The notes under the pieces were generated by a model. That model had not been told where the DNA came from. It worked only from the letters and a program-made list of their open reading frames with translations, and did no database searches. 64,000 nt of DNA from assembly GCA_965226375.1 (NCBI GenBank), contig CBDDCX010000008.1, positions 1,344,001 through 1,408,000 of the forward strand, given 5' to 3'. Source of the DNA: Longimicrobiales bacterium. GTDB lineage: Bacteria; Gemmatimonadota; Gemmatimonadetes; Longimicrobiales; Gaopeijiaceae. The position numbers and the translations under genes were made by a program. This document shows positions 9,816 to 20,233 of the stretch, piece by piece; positions within the stretch are counted from its first letter, which is position 1, and each line of letters starts with the position of its first letter.

Positions 9816-9979
9816 CGGACCTCTTCCACACCTTGTGCCCACCGATACAAGGATCGGACTCCGAACACTACGTGTATTCCACGTCGATGTACGATCTGTC
9901 CAAAGATAGTAGATTGTGGCCCCGGTCGAGACCCACGGAAGGCCGCCGCCGCCCCATCACTTGGAGAACAGAATTCGAT

Positions 9980-10357
9980 ATGCTGCGAACGTCGAACCAC
10001 GTGACCTCCCGTCTTAGGCCCAGCGGCATTCTGAGCACGATGCTCTTGGGGTTAGCGTCTGGAGCCTGCAGTGACAACGCGCCATCGGCCATGCCGGACA
10101 CCGTAGAGCGAGAGACCTTCATCGAGGTATACGTGGCTCTCAGGCATGTGGCGCTCCGGAAGACATCGCGCAGGGTCAACCCCATCGAACGGGACAGTGT
10201 CCTGGCCATGCACGACGTTACCGAAGAGGACCTCCGGGTATTTCTCGACGTCTACCATACCGAGGCCGAGTACATGCGTGATCTGTGGAACGAAGTGGAG
10301 GGGCGCATGTCCCTGATGTTGGAGATGGCGGAAGAAGGATCGGAAGGTGATGGCTGA
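9980..10357 (+). CDS. Putative lipoprotein (DUF4296-like)
   Basis: Lipobox-like ASGAC; helical pattern DSVLAMHDVTEEDLRVFLDVY...MRDLWNEV; start uncertain. Confidence 0.6.
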   Translation: MLRTSNHVTSRLRPSGILSTMLLGLASGACSDNAPSAMPDTVERETFIEVYVALRHVALRKTSRRVNPIERDSVLAMHDVTEEDLRVFLDVYHTEAEYMRDLWNEVEGRMSLMLEMAEEGSEGDG

Positions 10358-10739
10358 TTTCGAGCGTAGCTTCAGTGGGGCTCCCTGGGAGGCGAGGGTG
10401 GGTTATTGCCGATCTCTCAGGGCGGGAGACCGCGTCTTCGTCACGGGAACGGCGCCGGTGGCCGAGGGCGGCGGCGTCCACGAAGTCGGGGACGCATATC
10501 TACAGGCACTTCGTTGTTTCGAAATTATTCGCGACGCCCTGGCGGCCCACGACGCGGACATATGCGACGTCGTCCGCACCCGCATGTTCGTCACCGACAT
10601 CGAGCGCTGGGAAGAATACGGGCGGGCTCATCAGGAGACGTTCGGCTCACATCCTCCGACGACGACCATGGTAGAAGTGAGCCGGCTCATCGACCCCGAC
10701 ATGCTCATCGAAATCGAGGCTGATGCGGTAGTTTCCTGA
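10350..10739 (+). CDS. RidA/YjgF family protein (Rid7-like)
   Basis: WEARVGYCRS.RAGDRVFVTGT, DVVRTRMFVTDI, LIEIEADA. Confidence 0.9.
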   Translation: MADFERSFSGAPWEARVGYCRSLRAGDRVFVTGTAPVAEGGGVHEVGDAYLQALRCFEIIRDALAAHDADICDVVRTRMFVTDIERWEEYGRAHQETFGSHPPTTTMVEVSRLIDPDMLIEIEADAVVS

Positions 10740-10749
10740 CGCTGCTCGG

Positions 10750-12297
10750 CTACTCCCACTCGATGGTGCCGGGAGGCTTGGACGAGACGTCGTAGCACAC
10801 CCGATTGACCCCCGCCACTTCGTTGCTGATGCGAGAGGAAATCCGGCTGAGGACTTCGTGCGGAAACGGATACCAGTCCGCGGTCATCCCGTCCCGGGAG
10901 GTGACCGCCCTCAAGGCGACCACGTTTTCGTAGGTTCGGTTGTCGCCCATCACCCCTACGGCACGCACCGGTAACAGTACGGCGAAGGCCTGCCAGATTT
11001 CGTCGTACAGCCCCGCCGCGTGAATCTCGTCCAGGTAGATGCTGTCCGCCTCACGGAGAACGGCCAAGCGTTCCTCCGAGACCGCTCCGAGCACGCGTAT
11101 GGCAAGTCCCGGACCGGGGAATGGATGCCGACGGATGAACTCCTCTGGCAGGCCGAGCTCACGACCCACCTGGCGCACCTCATCCTTGAAGAGTTCACGA
11201 AGAGGCTCGATGAGCTCGAACGGAAGGTCCTCGGGTAGTCCCCCCACATTGTGGTGGGTCTTGATGGTCTGGGACGGCCCGCCGGTGGACAGGGACTCGA
11301 TGACGTCCGGATACAGCGTGCCCTGCACAAGATGGCCGGCACCGGGCACTTCAGCTTCAGCCACTCGACCGAAAACGTCGATGAACACATGCCCGATCTG
11401 CTTCCGCTTCTCCTCGGGCTCCTCCACCCCGGACAGAGCGCTCAGGAAGTCTTCGGCGGCATCTTCGACGATGAGCCGAATGCCCATGTGCTTGCGGAAG
11501 GTACGCTCCACGTTCTCCCGTTCGTGCTTTCGGAGCAGGCCATTGTCGACGAAAATGCAGGTGAGGCGATCGCCTACGGCACGGTGCACCAGCGCAGCCG
11601 CCACAGAAGAGTCCACGCCACCCGAGAGGCCGCAGATAACCGCGCCCTCTCCCACCTTCTCTCGGATCGCCGCCACCGACTCTTCGATGAACGCTCCCGA
11701 TGTCCACGTGGGACGGCACCGACAGATCCGCAGGAGGAAGTTCGAAATGATCTCCCCTCCGCGGACCGTGTGAGCGACCTCGGGATGAAACTGGACTGCA
11801 TATATGGGACGGCTCTCGTGCTTGAAGGCTGCCACCGGGAGTGTCTCGGTCGACGCCAACGTCTGGCAGGCGGGCGGAGGCGCACGGACATGGTCACCAT
11901 GCGAGCACCACACCTGGGTCGGCTCATCCTTCGCGAAACCGGCGAACAACTCACCCGGATCGAGGACCGTAAGGTCGGCCCGGCCGTACTCGCGTTTGCC
12001 GACCACGACCTCGGCGCCCTCGAGCTCCGCGATGAGATGCATCCCATAGCAGATGCCGAGGACGGGCACGCCGAGCTCGAGCAGTGCGGTCTCCGCTCTG
12101 GGCACTCCCTCATCGTAGACCGACGCGGGTCCTCCCGAGAGGATGATCCCCTTCGGGGCCCACTTACGAATCCAATCGAGCGAGCGGGTGGGTGGGTGGA
12201 CCTCCGAGTAGACCCGCTCTTCTCTGATTCGTCGAGCGATGAGCTGCGTGTATTGAGAGCCGAAATCGAGAATCAGAATGCGGTCATGCTCGATCAT
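10750..12297 (-). CDS. guaA: GMP synthase (glutamine-hydrolysing)
   Basis: [42 protein letters not shown]. Confidence 0.98.
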   Translation of the reverse strand: MIEHDRILILDFGSQYTQLIARRIREERVYSEVHPPTRSLDWIRKWAPKGIILSGGPASVYDEGVPRAETALLELGVPVLGICYGMHLIAELEGAEVVVGKREYGRADLTVLDPGELFAGFAKDEPTQVWCSHGDHVRAPPPACQTLASTETLPVAAFKHESRPIYAVQFHPEVAHTVRGGEIISNFLLRICRCRPTWTSGAFIEESVAAIREKVGEGAVICGLSGGVDSSVAAALVHRAVGDRLTCIFVDNGLLRKHERENVERTFRKHMGIRLIVEDAAEDFLSALSGVEEPEEKRKQIGHVFIDVFGRVAEAEVPGAGHLVQGTLYPDVIESLSTGGPSQTIKTHHNVGGLPEDLPFELIEPLRELFKDEVRQVGRELGLPEEFIRRHPFPGPGLAIRVLGAVSEERLAVLREADSIYLDEIHAAGLYDEIWQAFAVLLPVRAVGVMGDNRTYENVVALRAVTSRDGMTADWYPFPHEVLSRISSRISNEVAGVNRVCYDVSSKPPGTIEWE

Positions 12298-12303
12298 AGG
12301 GCC

Positions 12304-13575
12304 TCAAGGGGACAAGGTCCCGTCCGGGAGCCTCTCTCCCCGGATCAGGTCGTCGAGCGTTTCCCGACGCCGAGCCAGGACAACGTCCGAACCGTCGACC
12401 ACCACCTCGGCGGCTCGTCGGCGCGAATTGTAGTTGGACGCCATGGTGAATCCGTACGCGCCGACGGTGTGGACGGCGAGCAGGTCTCCCTCGTCGGGGA
12501 GGGGCAACTCTCTATCGAGCGCCAGAAAGTCGCCGCTTTCGCAGATGGGGCCAACCACGTCGACCACGGTCGGCGTCGGGTCTCCCTGGAGTAGCACCGG
12601 CTCGATGCTGTGATAGCCCTGGTAGTGGCTGGGGCGAATCAACTCGGTCATCCCCCCGTCGGTCACCACGAACGTCCTGGGGCCTTCATTCTTCACGTAG
12701 AGCACCTTGGTTACCAGGAGCCCCGCTTCTCCGACGATAAACCGACCCGGCTCCAGGATAAGGCGGAGGCCGGCTTCTTTTACCCGTGGCACCACCACGG
12801 CAGCCAGTGCATCGACCGACATGCGGTCTTCATCGGAATAACGAACGCCGAAGCCTCCACCCAAGTCGACAAAGCGCAGGTCGATCCCTTCATGGGACAA
12901 TTGACCAGCAAGGTCAAGCACCTCTTCCAGGGCCTTCTGATAAGGGTCGGGCTCGAGAATTTGCGATCCGATGTGGACGTCGATCCCCACGATCTCGAGG
13001 GCGGGGCGTCCGGCAGCCCAGCGATAGAGATCCAGCACCCGATCCAACGGGACACCGAACTTGGACTCGCCATGTCCGGTCCGGGTGTATTCATGGGGCG
13101 TGTCGGCCAAGACGTCGGGGTTCACCCGCAGCGCCAAGGGCGCACGTTTGCCCATCCGGTCCGCCACCGCGTCCAAGGCGCGGAGCTCTCCTTCGCTCTC
13201 TACGTTGAACGCCAGGATGCCAGCGTCGAGGGCCACCTCCATCTCCACTTCGGTCTTCCCGACCCCAGCAAAGACGATGCGTTCGGGTGGCACCCCCGCC
13301 GTCAGGCACCGGTGCAACTCTCCCATGCTGACGATGTCGGCGCCGGCTCCCAATGCGGCGAGTCGCCGCAGGATCTCCAGATTGGAGTTCGCCTTGACCG
13401 AATACGCCATGAGTAGGTCGACGTCGTCGAACGCCGTCGCGATCTGCTCATACGCGGACGCGATGACCTCGGCATCGTAGAGGTAGAGAGGTGTACCGTA
13501 CTCCTCAGCGACCTCCGACACCGTACGCTCGCCGACGCAGAGCTCGCCGTCGACTCGGGGGAACGCGCGCCTCAC
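12304..13575 (-). CDS. lysA: Diaminopimelate decarboxylase
   Basis: YSVKAN, SKFG, HIGSQ, EPGR, GPICESGD, ASNYNS; GTG start at 13575 after GAGGGG. Confidence 0.95.
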   Translation of the reverse strand: MRRAFPRVDGELCVGERTVSEVAEEYGTPLYLYDAEVIASAYEQIATAFDDVDLLMAYSVKANSNLEILRRLAALGAGADIVSMGELHRCLTAGVPPERIVFAGVGKTEVEMEVALDAGILAFNVESEGELRALDAVADRMGKRAPLALRVNPDVLADTPHEYTRTGHGESKFGVPLDRVLDLYRWAAGRPALEIVGIDVHIGSQILEPDPYQKALEEVLDLAGQLSHEGIDLRFVDLGGGFGVRYSDEDRMSVDALAAVVVPRVKEAGLRLILEPGRFIVGEAGLLVTKVLYVKNEGPRTFVVTDGGMTELIRPSHYQGYHSIEPVLLQGDPTPTVVDVVGPICESGDFLALDRELPLPDEGDLLAVHTVGAYGFTMASNYNSRRRAAEVVVDGSDVVLARRRETLDDLIRGERLPDGTLSP

Positions 13576-13597
13576 ACCCCCTCGGCCGGGTCGAGCA

Positions 13598-15058
13598 TCA
13601 ATATGCCTTGGCCCACACGACCTCCATGGTGGAGTCATCCTCTCCACCGATACACTTGGTGGGCGCTTCGGCGGATCGGAATTCCTCTCCGGGAATACAA
13701 CGTAGCGTGGCCTTGGTCTCGTCCTTGATACGTTCCTCGACGGCAGGGTCGCCGCTCCAACCCGTATAGACGTATCCGCCGGTGGTATTCATGATCTCGG
13801 CCAATTCCCCCAGGTCGTTTACACCCCTGTAGGAATTCTCTTCCCGCCTGGTCTTGGCCGTCTCGAGGAGCTGTGACTGGAACGCGTCGAGCCGGTCACC
13901 GATCGTGGCGAGCGCCTCGGCCTCCGGTATGAACTCCTTGCGCGGCTCGTCTTCGGCGCGCAAGCGCTTGGCCAGCGCGACCTGTCCGGACTCGATGTCC
14001 CTGGGACCCACCTCCATCCTGAGAGGGACTCCTTTATGCTCCCACTCGTAGTACTTTTTGCCGGGGCTTAGAAAGTCTCGCGAGTCGATCTTGACACGTA
14101 CGCCCTGTGCCCGAAGAGCATCACCGATGGCGTCGACCTTCTCTAGCACCGGCCCGTGGTCGTCTCCCTTCAGGATGGGCACGATTACGACTTGGACGGG
14201 AGCCAGCTTGGGCGGTAGCACTAATCCCTGATCGTCGCCGTGCGTCATCACCAGGCCACCGACCAGACGGGTGGACACCCCCCAGGACGTGTTCCAGCCG
14301 AACTCTTCCTTCCCCTCCTCGGTCTGGAAGGTCAGCTCGAATTGCTTGGAGAAGTTCTGGCCCAGGAAGTGTGAGGTGCCGGCCTGAAGAGCCTTGTTGT
14401 CCTGCATCATGGCCTCACACGCGTAGCTCCGGACCGCTCCGGCGAATTTCTCGGCTTCGGACTTCAGCCCGGTCACGGGCGGCATGGCCATCCAGTCTTC
14501 CATGAACGTCCGGTACACCCCAAGCATGCGCCGCGTGTGCTCCTCAGCCTCTTCGGCCGTCGCGTGCACGGTGTGGCCCTCCTGCCAAAGGAACTCGGAG
14601 GTTCTCAGAAAGAGTCGGGTCCGGAGCTCCCAGCGCATGACGTTCGCCCACTGGTTCAGCAGCAGAGGGAGGTCGCGATAGCTTTGGATCCACTTCGCGA
14701 ACATCGACATTATGACGGTCTCGGAAGTCGGTCGGATGACGAGAGGTTCCTCCAGCTCCTTGCCTCCGGCGTGGGTGACGATCGCGAGCTCTGGCTTGAA
14801 CCCCTCGACGTGCTCCTTCTCCTTCTCGATGAAACTCATGGGTATCAGGAGCGGGAAATAGGCGTTCTCGTGGCCGGTGGCCTTGAACATGTTGTCGAGA
14901 GCCCGCTGCATGTTTTCCCAGATCGCATATCCCCACGGTCGAATGACCATGCTGCCCCGCACGGGGGAGTAGTCCGCGAGCTCGGATCGGAGTACGAGCT
15001 CGTTATACCAGGCCGAAAAGTCCTCGCTCCGAGGGGTCAGCTTCTTGTTGTCAGCCAT
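13598..15058 (-). CDS. proS: Proline-tRNA ligase (archaeal/eukaryotic-type)
   Basis: RPTSET, RWE.RTRLFLRT.EFLWQEGH, QAGTSH.LGQNF, C-terminal AKAY; no insertion editing domain. Confidence 0.95.
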   Translation of the reverse strand: MADNKKLTPRSEDFSAWYNELVLRSELADYSPVRGSMVIRPWGYAIWENMQRALDNMFKATGHENAYFPLLIPMSFIEKEKEHVEGFKPELAIVTHAGGKELEEPLVIRPTSETVIMSMFAKWIQSYRDLPLLLNQWANVMRWELRTRLFLRTSEFLWQEGHTVHATAEEAEEHTRRMLGVYRTFMEDWMAMPPVTGLKSEAEKFAGAVRSYACEAMMQDNKALQAGTSHFLGQNFSKQFELTFQTEEGKEEFGWNTSWGVSTRLVGGLVMTHGDDQGLVLPPKLAPVQVVIVPILKGDDHGPVLEKVDAIGDALRAQGVRVKIDSRDFLSPGKKYYEWEHKGVPLRMEVGPRDIESGQVALAKRLRAEDEPRKEFIPEAEALATIGDRLDAFQSQLLETAKTRREENSYRGVNDLGELAEIMNTTGGYVYTGWSGDPAVEERIKDETKATLRCIPGEEFRSAEAPTKCIGGEDDSTMEVVWAKAY

Positions 15059-15359
15059 CACTTCTCTTGGTTGCGGACCCGGCCTCCGGGTCCTTGGCAT
15101 CGGGCGGGGCCGTCGATCGGCGCTCCCTGACCAGCACCACAATACCCGGTACCGCGAAGAACAGAACGGACGCCACCATCCAGGACATCCTGAACGAGAC
15201 ACCCGTCTCGTTTTGGAGTATCCACGCCGTCAGCGCGCCGGCGGCCAGGGCAAGGGCCATGGCCCCACCGAGAATCAAGTACTCGAGGACGTTGAGGCGC
15301 CGAATGGCCGTTTCCATCATTCGCCGAGTCCCAGAGTGGGCGTCAGGGTCCACCCTCAC
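15051..15359 (-). CDS. Small hypothetical membrane protein (2 TM)
   Basis: Two hydrophobic segments; fills the hisS-proS gap with overlaps at both ends. Confidence 0.65.
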   Translation of the reverse strand: MRVDPDAHSGTRRMMETAIRRLNVLEYLILGGAMALALAAGALTAWILQNETGVSFRMSWMVASVLFFAVPGIVVLVRERRSTAPPDAKDPEAGSATKRSDG

Positions 15360-16639
15360 TCGAGCTCCTCCAGGGATACCTCGCGCTCTTCGCCCGATGC
15401 CATGTTACGCACGACGGCGTGACCGCGAGCCACCTCGTCTGGACCCAGTACGATGACGTCCTTGGCCCCGGCATTGCCAGCAGATGTGAACTGCTTGCGC
15501 ACCGACTGGTCCCTGAGACCGTAGAGAACGCTCCGACCCTTGTCACGATTGGCGTGGGCTATGGAGAGTGCGAGCTCGCGATGCTCCTCCCCGATGATCA
15601 CGATGTAAAAATCCACCTCAGGGCGAGCCTCGGGCACGAGCCCTCGGTCACGGATCAGCTCCCCGAGGACCACGTCGCCCATGCCGAACCCGACCGCGGG
15701 TAGGGGGTCGCCGCCCACGAGCTCCAGAAGCCTGTCGTAACGACCGCCTCCACAGATGGCTCGCAACTCGCCCTTGCGATCGAAGAGCTCGAACACGATT
15801 CCCGTGTAGTAGGCCAAACCCCGGACGATCCTGAGGTCGAACTCTACGTAGGCGCCCAAGCCCATGGCTTGCAGCTGCCCAAAGTACCCCTCCAGGCGCT
15901 CCAACTCCGGGGCGACACCGTCATGACCACCCATGCGCGATGCGATCGCCTCGAGGGTCCCTGCCGTGAATAAGTCCAGCGCCTCGCCTGCCTTCGCGTC
16001 GCTGAGCCCCGCCTCGGTCTGAAGTCTCTCGAGGGACCGGTCCGGGTTCGCACGTTCAAGCTTGTCGATGATTGTGAACGCAGACGCGAGACGCTCCTCC
16101 TCCACCCCGAAGGCCGAGAGCACCGCGGACAAGAGGCGACGATCGGATACACGAGCCAGGATGTCTTCGGGGCCGAGCCCCAGCTCCCGGAGCCCGTCGA
16201 GGCCGACAGCCAACACCTCGACGTCGGCCGAAATTCCCTCTTCGCCCACGATGTCCACATTCCACTGGAAGTGCTCCTTCAAGCGTCCTCTCTGCTGCCT
16301 TTCATAGCGGAAGAGTTGAGGGACGGAGAACCAGCGGATGGGCTTGGCAAGGGAGCGGCCGTGTTCGGCCAGGATACGGGCCAGGGACGGCGTCATCTCG
16401 GGGCGTAGCGAGACCTCGCGCTCACCTTTGTCCTGGAAGTTGTACAGCTGACCGACGATCTCCTCGCCACTTTTCTCTACGTAAAGGGCGAGCGGCTCCA
16501 AGGGGGGACCGTCGTACTGGGCAAAGCCGTAGCGACGGGCAACCCGGCGCCAGGCGTCCAGAATATGCTCACGGAAGGCGAAGTCTTCCGGGACAAAATC
16601 ACGAAATCCGGGAAGGCGCGCAAAGATCGGCTTCGACAT
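15356..16639 (-). CDS. hisS: Histidine-tRNA ligase
   Basis: LRPEMTP, FRYER.QRGR, VRGLAYYTG, GGGRYD. Confidence 0.97.
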   Translation of the reverse strand: MSKPIFARLPGFRDFVPEDFAFREHILDAWRRVARRYGFAQYDGPPLEPLALYVEKSGEEIVGQLYNFQDKGEREVSLRPEMTPSLARILAEHGRSLAKPIRWFSVPQLFRYERQQRGRLKEHFQWNVDIVGEEGISADVEVLAVGLDGLRELGLGPEDILARVSDRRLLSAVLSAFGVEEERLASAFTIIDKLERANPDRSLERLQTEAGLSDAKAGEALDLFTAGTLEAIASRMGGHDGVAPELERLEGYFGQLQAMGLGAYVEFDLRIVRGLAYYTGIVFELFDRKGELRAICGGGRYDRLLELVGGDPLPAVGFGMGDVVLGELIRDRGLVPEARPEVDFYIVIIGEEHRELALSIAHANRDKGRSVLYGLRDQSVRKQFTSAGNAGAKDVIVLGPDEVARGHAVVRNMASGEEREVSLEELE

Positions 16640-16646
16640 GCGGGCG

Positions 16647-16652
16647 AATCTA
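16647..16652 (-). promoter_or_regulatory. -10 box TAGATT 7 nt upstream of the hisS ATG; candidate leaderless promoter
   Basis: Minus strand reads TAGATTcgcccgcATG with no SD sequence. Confidence 0.5.
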
Positions 16653-16723
16653 TATCAGGCGTCTCAAAAGTACAGTGGCCGCGGGACGTCAGGCCCTCCC
16701 GGAACGAGCGTTGCGGCGGGATA

Positions 16724-18079
16724 TCAAAACACAGACAGATTCAGGGCTTCCAAAGCGTCGCCGACAGTGTGGTTCGACCCGGTCACCACAATCGTGCCCG
16801 ACCCTGCCAGCTCTCTCGCTCGCTCCAGCGCTCCCTCGAAGGTCGGACGGATTTCGGCCTCAGACCGACCCACATCCGATGCCGCCTCAATGGGATTCCA
16901 CCGCCGCTCGAGGGGGACCGATGGTGCCTGTGTGAACACGGCGTGGTCGGTGTTGTCGAGGAGGGGCGGCAGAATTGCACGCCAATCCTTGTCGCCGAGC
17001 ACGGCAGCCAGGAGGACCACCGGCCGTGGCAGGGCGAGTTTCTCGAGCACCGAAGCCAGCGCCTGAGCGCCGGCGGGGTTGTGCGCCACGTCGAACAGCC
17101 ACGTCTGATCATCGAGGCGCACGATCTGGGATCGTCCCGGCCAGCGGACACTCTCGATTCCCTCCAGAACGACCCGGGCATTGGGACGTAGGGAGTCCGG
17201 CAAGTCCTCGAGAATGGCGACAGACAGCGCGCCGTTGGCGGCCTGATGCTCACCCAGAAGTGGCGTAGGAATACGCAGCGTTCCCCATGTCCGGGTCTCG
17301 ACGGTGAAGCAGGTCCGGGTCTGCGTGATATCGAGATCCATGGACGTCGGGTCGACGGGTACGGGTCGAAATGGAGCCCCCACTTGATCGCAGACGTCCT
17401 CCAGAACGGACAATAGTCGCTCGTCGCGCTCGGCCGTAAGCAGAGGTACACCTGCCTTGATGATACCCGCCTTTTCCCGCGTGATCTGGGTGAGCGATTC
17501 GCCCAGATATTCGGAATGGTCCTTTGCCACATTGGTAATCGCGGTGATCAGTGGCGTCACGACGTTGGTTGCGTCCAACCGCCCTCCAAGTCCCACTTCG
17601 ACCACGGCCACATCCACCTTGCGACGTTGGAACAGATGGAATGCCAAGGCTGTGGCTGCTTCGAAGAACGTCAACTTGTGGCGGACGAGGTCGTCCTTCA
17701 GGTCACGGACGAGATTTCGTAACTCGCCCTCTTCCACAGCCTCTCCCGCCACCCGAAACCGCTCACGGAAAGAGCACAGGTGAGGTGAAGTGTAGAGCCC
17801 GGTGGTGGTGCCCCCTCGATCCAAGACCGTCGCCACGGTCGAAGCCACGGAGCCCTTCCCGTTGGTGCCCCCGAGATGAATGCTCGGATAGGACCGGTGA
17901 GGGTCCCCCGTGTCCCTGAGAAAGCCCTCCATCCGCTCCAGGCCCCAGTCGATACCATGGGTCAACCCACCGAACAATTCTTCCAGGAAGGGGTCACCCA
18001 TGGCGCCATCCGGGGCGCCATCGAGTCGGGCGGGAGAGCGGGGAGTGGAGCGACCCAAGGAAGGGCCGGGTCCTTTCAT
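16724..18079 (-). CDS. folC: Folylpolyglutamate synthase/dihydrofolate synthase
   Basis: GTNGKGS, YTSPHL, EVGLGGRLDATN, WPGR, DVAHNP. Confidence 0.95.
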   Translation of the reverse strand: MKGPGPSLGRSTPRSPARLDGAPDGAMGDPFLEELFGGLTHGIDWGLERMEGFLRDTGDPHRSYPSIHLGGTNGKGSVASTVATVLDRGGTTTGLYTSPHLCSFRERFRVAGEAVEEGELRNLVRDLKDDLVRHKLTFFEAATALAFHLFQRRKVDVAVVEVGLGGRLDATNVVTPLITAITNVAKDHSEYLGESLTQITREKAGIIKAGVPLLTAERDERLLSVLEDVCDQVGAPFRPVPVDPTSMDLDITQTRTCFTVETRTWGTLRIPTPLLGEHQAANGALSVAILEDLPDSLRPNARVVLEGIESVRWPGRSQIVRLDDQTWLFDVAHNPAGAQALASVLEKLALPRPVVLLAAVLGDKDWRAILPPLLDNTDHAVFTQAPSVPLERRWNPIEAASDVGRSEAEIRPTFEGALERARELAGSGTIVVTGSNHTVGDALEALNLSVF

Positions 18080-18918
18080 CAGCCGATCATGTGCCGCAGG
18101 AGCGTGGCCATCTGGCTCTTCAGCTCTCGGCGATCCACGATCCGGTCGACCATCCCGTGCTGGAGCAGGAACTCGGACCGCTGAAATCCCTCGGGAAGCT
18201 CCTGACGGATCGTCTCTTCGATAACCCTCGGACCCGCGAAACCGATCAGGGCCCCGGGCTCGGCCAGATTCACGTCCCCGAGCATGGCGTGCGAAGCCGT
18301 AACACCACCGGTCGTGGGATCCGTGAGCACCGCGATGTACGGGAGTCCGGCTTCATGGAGGCGGGCGAGCACGGCCGAGGTCTTGGCCATCTGCATCAAC
18401 GAATAGATGCCCTCCTGCATCCGCGCGCCCCCCGAGGCGCTGACGACGATGAGTGGCATCTTGCGATCGAGCGCCACTCGGCCGGCACGCGCGATCTTTT
18501 CCCCGACCACCGAGCCCATGGAACCTCCGACGAAGCGGAAGTCCATGACGGCCAGGGTCACGGCCATGCCCTCGAGCGTTCCGGTTCCAGACAGGACCGC
18601 CTCTTTCCTACCGACCTTCGACTCTGCCGTCTTCAGACGATCCACATAAGCCTTGAGATCCTGGAATTCGAGCGGGTCGGCGCTACTGATGTCGCGGTCG
18701 ATCTCCTCGAAGGAGCCTTCATCGAGAAGGATCTCGACATACCTCTCGGCAGCCATGCGAAAGTGGTGCCCACAGCTGGGGCACACCTGAAGGTTCTGGG
18801 CGAGCTTCTCCCCGTAGAGAATTTCCCCGCACCCCTGGCATTTGTCGAAGACGTCGGACGGTACGTCACGCCGGTCCTCTGCCTTGAGCGGTTGTTTGTC
18901 CTTACGAAACCAGGCCAT
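18079..18918 (-). CDS. accD: Acetyl-CoA carboxylase carboxyltransferase beta subunit
   Basis: C4 zinc finger; [33 protein letters not shown]. Confidence 0.97.
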   Translation of the reverse strand: MAWFRKDKQPLKAEDRRDVPSDVFDKCQGCGEILYGEKLAQNLQVCPSCGHHFRMAAERYVEILLDEGSFEEIDRDISSADPLEFQDLKAYVDRLKTAESKVGRKEAVLSGTGTLEGMAVTLAVMDFRFVGGSMGSVVGEKIARAGRVALDRKMPLIVVSASGGARMQEGIYSLMQMAKTSAVLARLHEAGLPYIAVLTDPTTGGVTASHAMLGDVNLAEPGALIGFAGPRVIEETIRQELPEGFQRSEFLLQHGMVDRIVDRRELKSQMATLLRHMIG

Positions 18919-20157
18919 TTATTCGTCGTATGCGACCCTCGTCGCCAACGCAACGGCGATCCAGGACATCAGGAGAAAAGTGCCACCGTAGCTAACAAAG
19001 GGTAGGGGTATTCCCGTGACCGGCACCATGCCTACGGTCATGCCGACATTCACGAAAATATGGACCAACCAGGCTCCGAAGATACCGAAGATCACCAACC
19101 CCGCAAATGGATCGGCCGCCCGTTCCGCCATCTTCACCAGACGATAGAGAATGTAGCCGAAAAGGGTCAGCGCCAATCCGGTTCCGAGGAAGCCCAACTC
19201 TTCGCCGATCACGGAAAAAATGAAGTCCGTGTGCTGCTCGGGAAGAAAGTCCAGCCTCTTCTGACTCCCTTGGGTGAACCCCTTCCCAACCAGCCCGCCG
19301 CTTCCGATGGCGACCATGGATTGGATGAGATGATAGCCGGCCCCGCGCGGATCGACGCTGGGGTCCAAGAACACGAGAATCCGGTTCTGTTGGTACTCGG
19401 CCAGGGAATTCCACAACGGGGGGGCTAGGGTGCCTGCCGCGAGATTCGCCAGCACGAGCGCGATCGACTCCACCAGGAACAGTCGGTACCGATAGAGATA
19501 CAGAGAGCCTACGACGAGCACGAAGAAAACGGCCCAGATTCTGTTGTCGAAACTCAGGATCAAAGCGACGCCGGGGCTCGCGAGTAGTGCGAGCAGGCCG
19601 ATCGGCGCACCGGCCCAAAAAAGGGCGGCGAAGAGGATCCCGACGAAGGCGAGTGCCGTCCCGAGATCGGGTTGCAGAATCACCAACCCGAGCGGGATGC
19701 CGACGATGACCGATGGAGTCACCAGGGCCCGCAGAGTCGTGGGATCCTCGGCACGGGTTCCCAGGTACCGAGCCAGAGCGAGGATGGTCGCTAGCTTGGC
19801 GAGTTCAGCCGGCTGGAGGCGGATGAATCCGAGATCCAGGAAACTCTTCACTCCGGTGGCCGTACCAGACCCGGTGCCTACCACCAGCGTCACGGCAAGA
19901 AGAACCAGGCTCAAGCCGTACGCGGGCACTGCAATCCACTCGAACCAGCGGGAGCGTAACTGGCGCAGCGCCGTGAACGCCACGAGAGCGATCACGAACC
20001 AGCGCGTCTGTCGGATCCAAGCTCCCTCGGTAATCGGGCTGGGGATGTTCAGGACGCCTGCCGAGTAGATCATGCCGATCCCGAAGCCTGTCATGAGCAT
20101 GACGGCCAGCACCAGCCCGGGATCACCCGCCCAGCGGGCAAACGCTCTACGGAACAC
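18919..20157 (-). CDS. rodA: Rod shape-determining SEDS protein RodA
   Basis: QPAELAK, QPDLGT, AIGSGG, LPEQHTDFIF, GIPLPFVSYGG; follows mrdA. Confidence 0.95.
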   Translation of the reverse strand: MFRRAFARWAGDPGLVLAVMLMTGFGIGMIYSAGVLNIPSPITEGAWIRQTRWFVIALVAFTALRQLRSRWFEWIAVPAYGLSLVLLAVTLVVGTGSGTATGVKSFLDLGFIRLQPAELAKLATILALARYLGTRAEDPTTLRALVTPSVIVGIPLGLVILQPDLGTALAFVGILFAALFWAGAPIGLLALLASPGVALILSFDNRIWAVFFVLVVGSLYLYRYRLFLVESIALVLANLAAGTLAPPLWNSLAEYQQNRILVFLDPSVDPRGAGYHLIQSMVAIGSGGLVGKGFTQGSQKRLDFLPEQHTDFIFSVIGEELGFLGTGLALTLFGYILYRLVKMAERAADPFAGLVIFGIFGAWLVHIFVNVGMTVGMVPVTGIPLPFVSYGGTFLLMSWIAVALATRVAYDE

Positions 20158-20233
20158 CGACGCGCTTAACCGGCGATTGGTGAATCAGGGAATCTGGCAG
20201 TGATGGACGTAACCCCATTCGCGCTCTGGGGCC

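Noticed and set aside
20158..20233. 75-nt gap between mrdA and rodA, and ORFs 20166-20453 and 20185-20676
   Set aside because: The ORFs overlap mrdA out of frame with no motifs, and the gap shows no convincing structure
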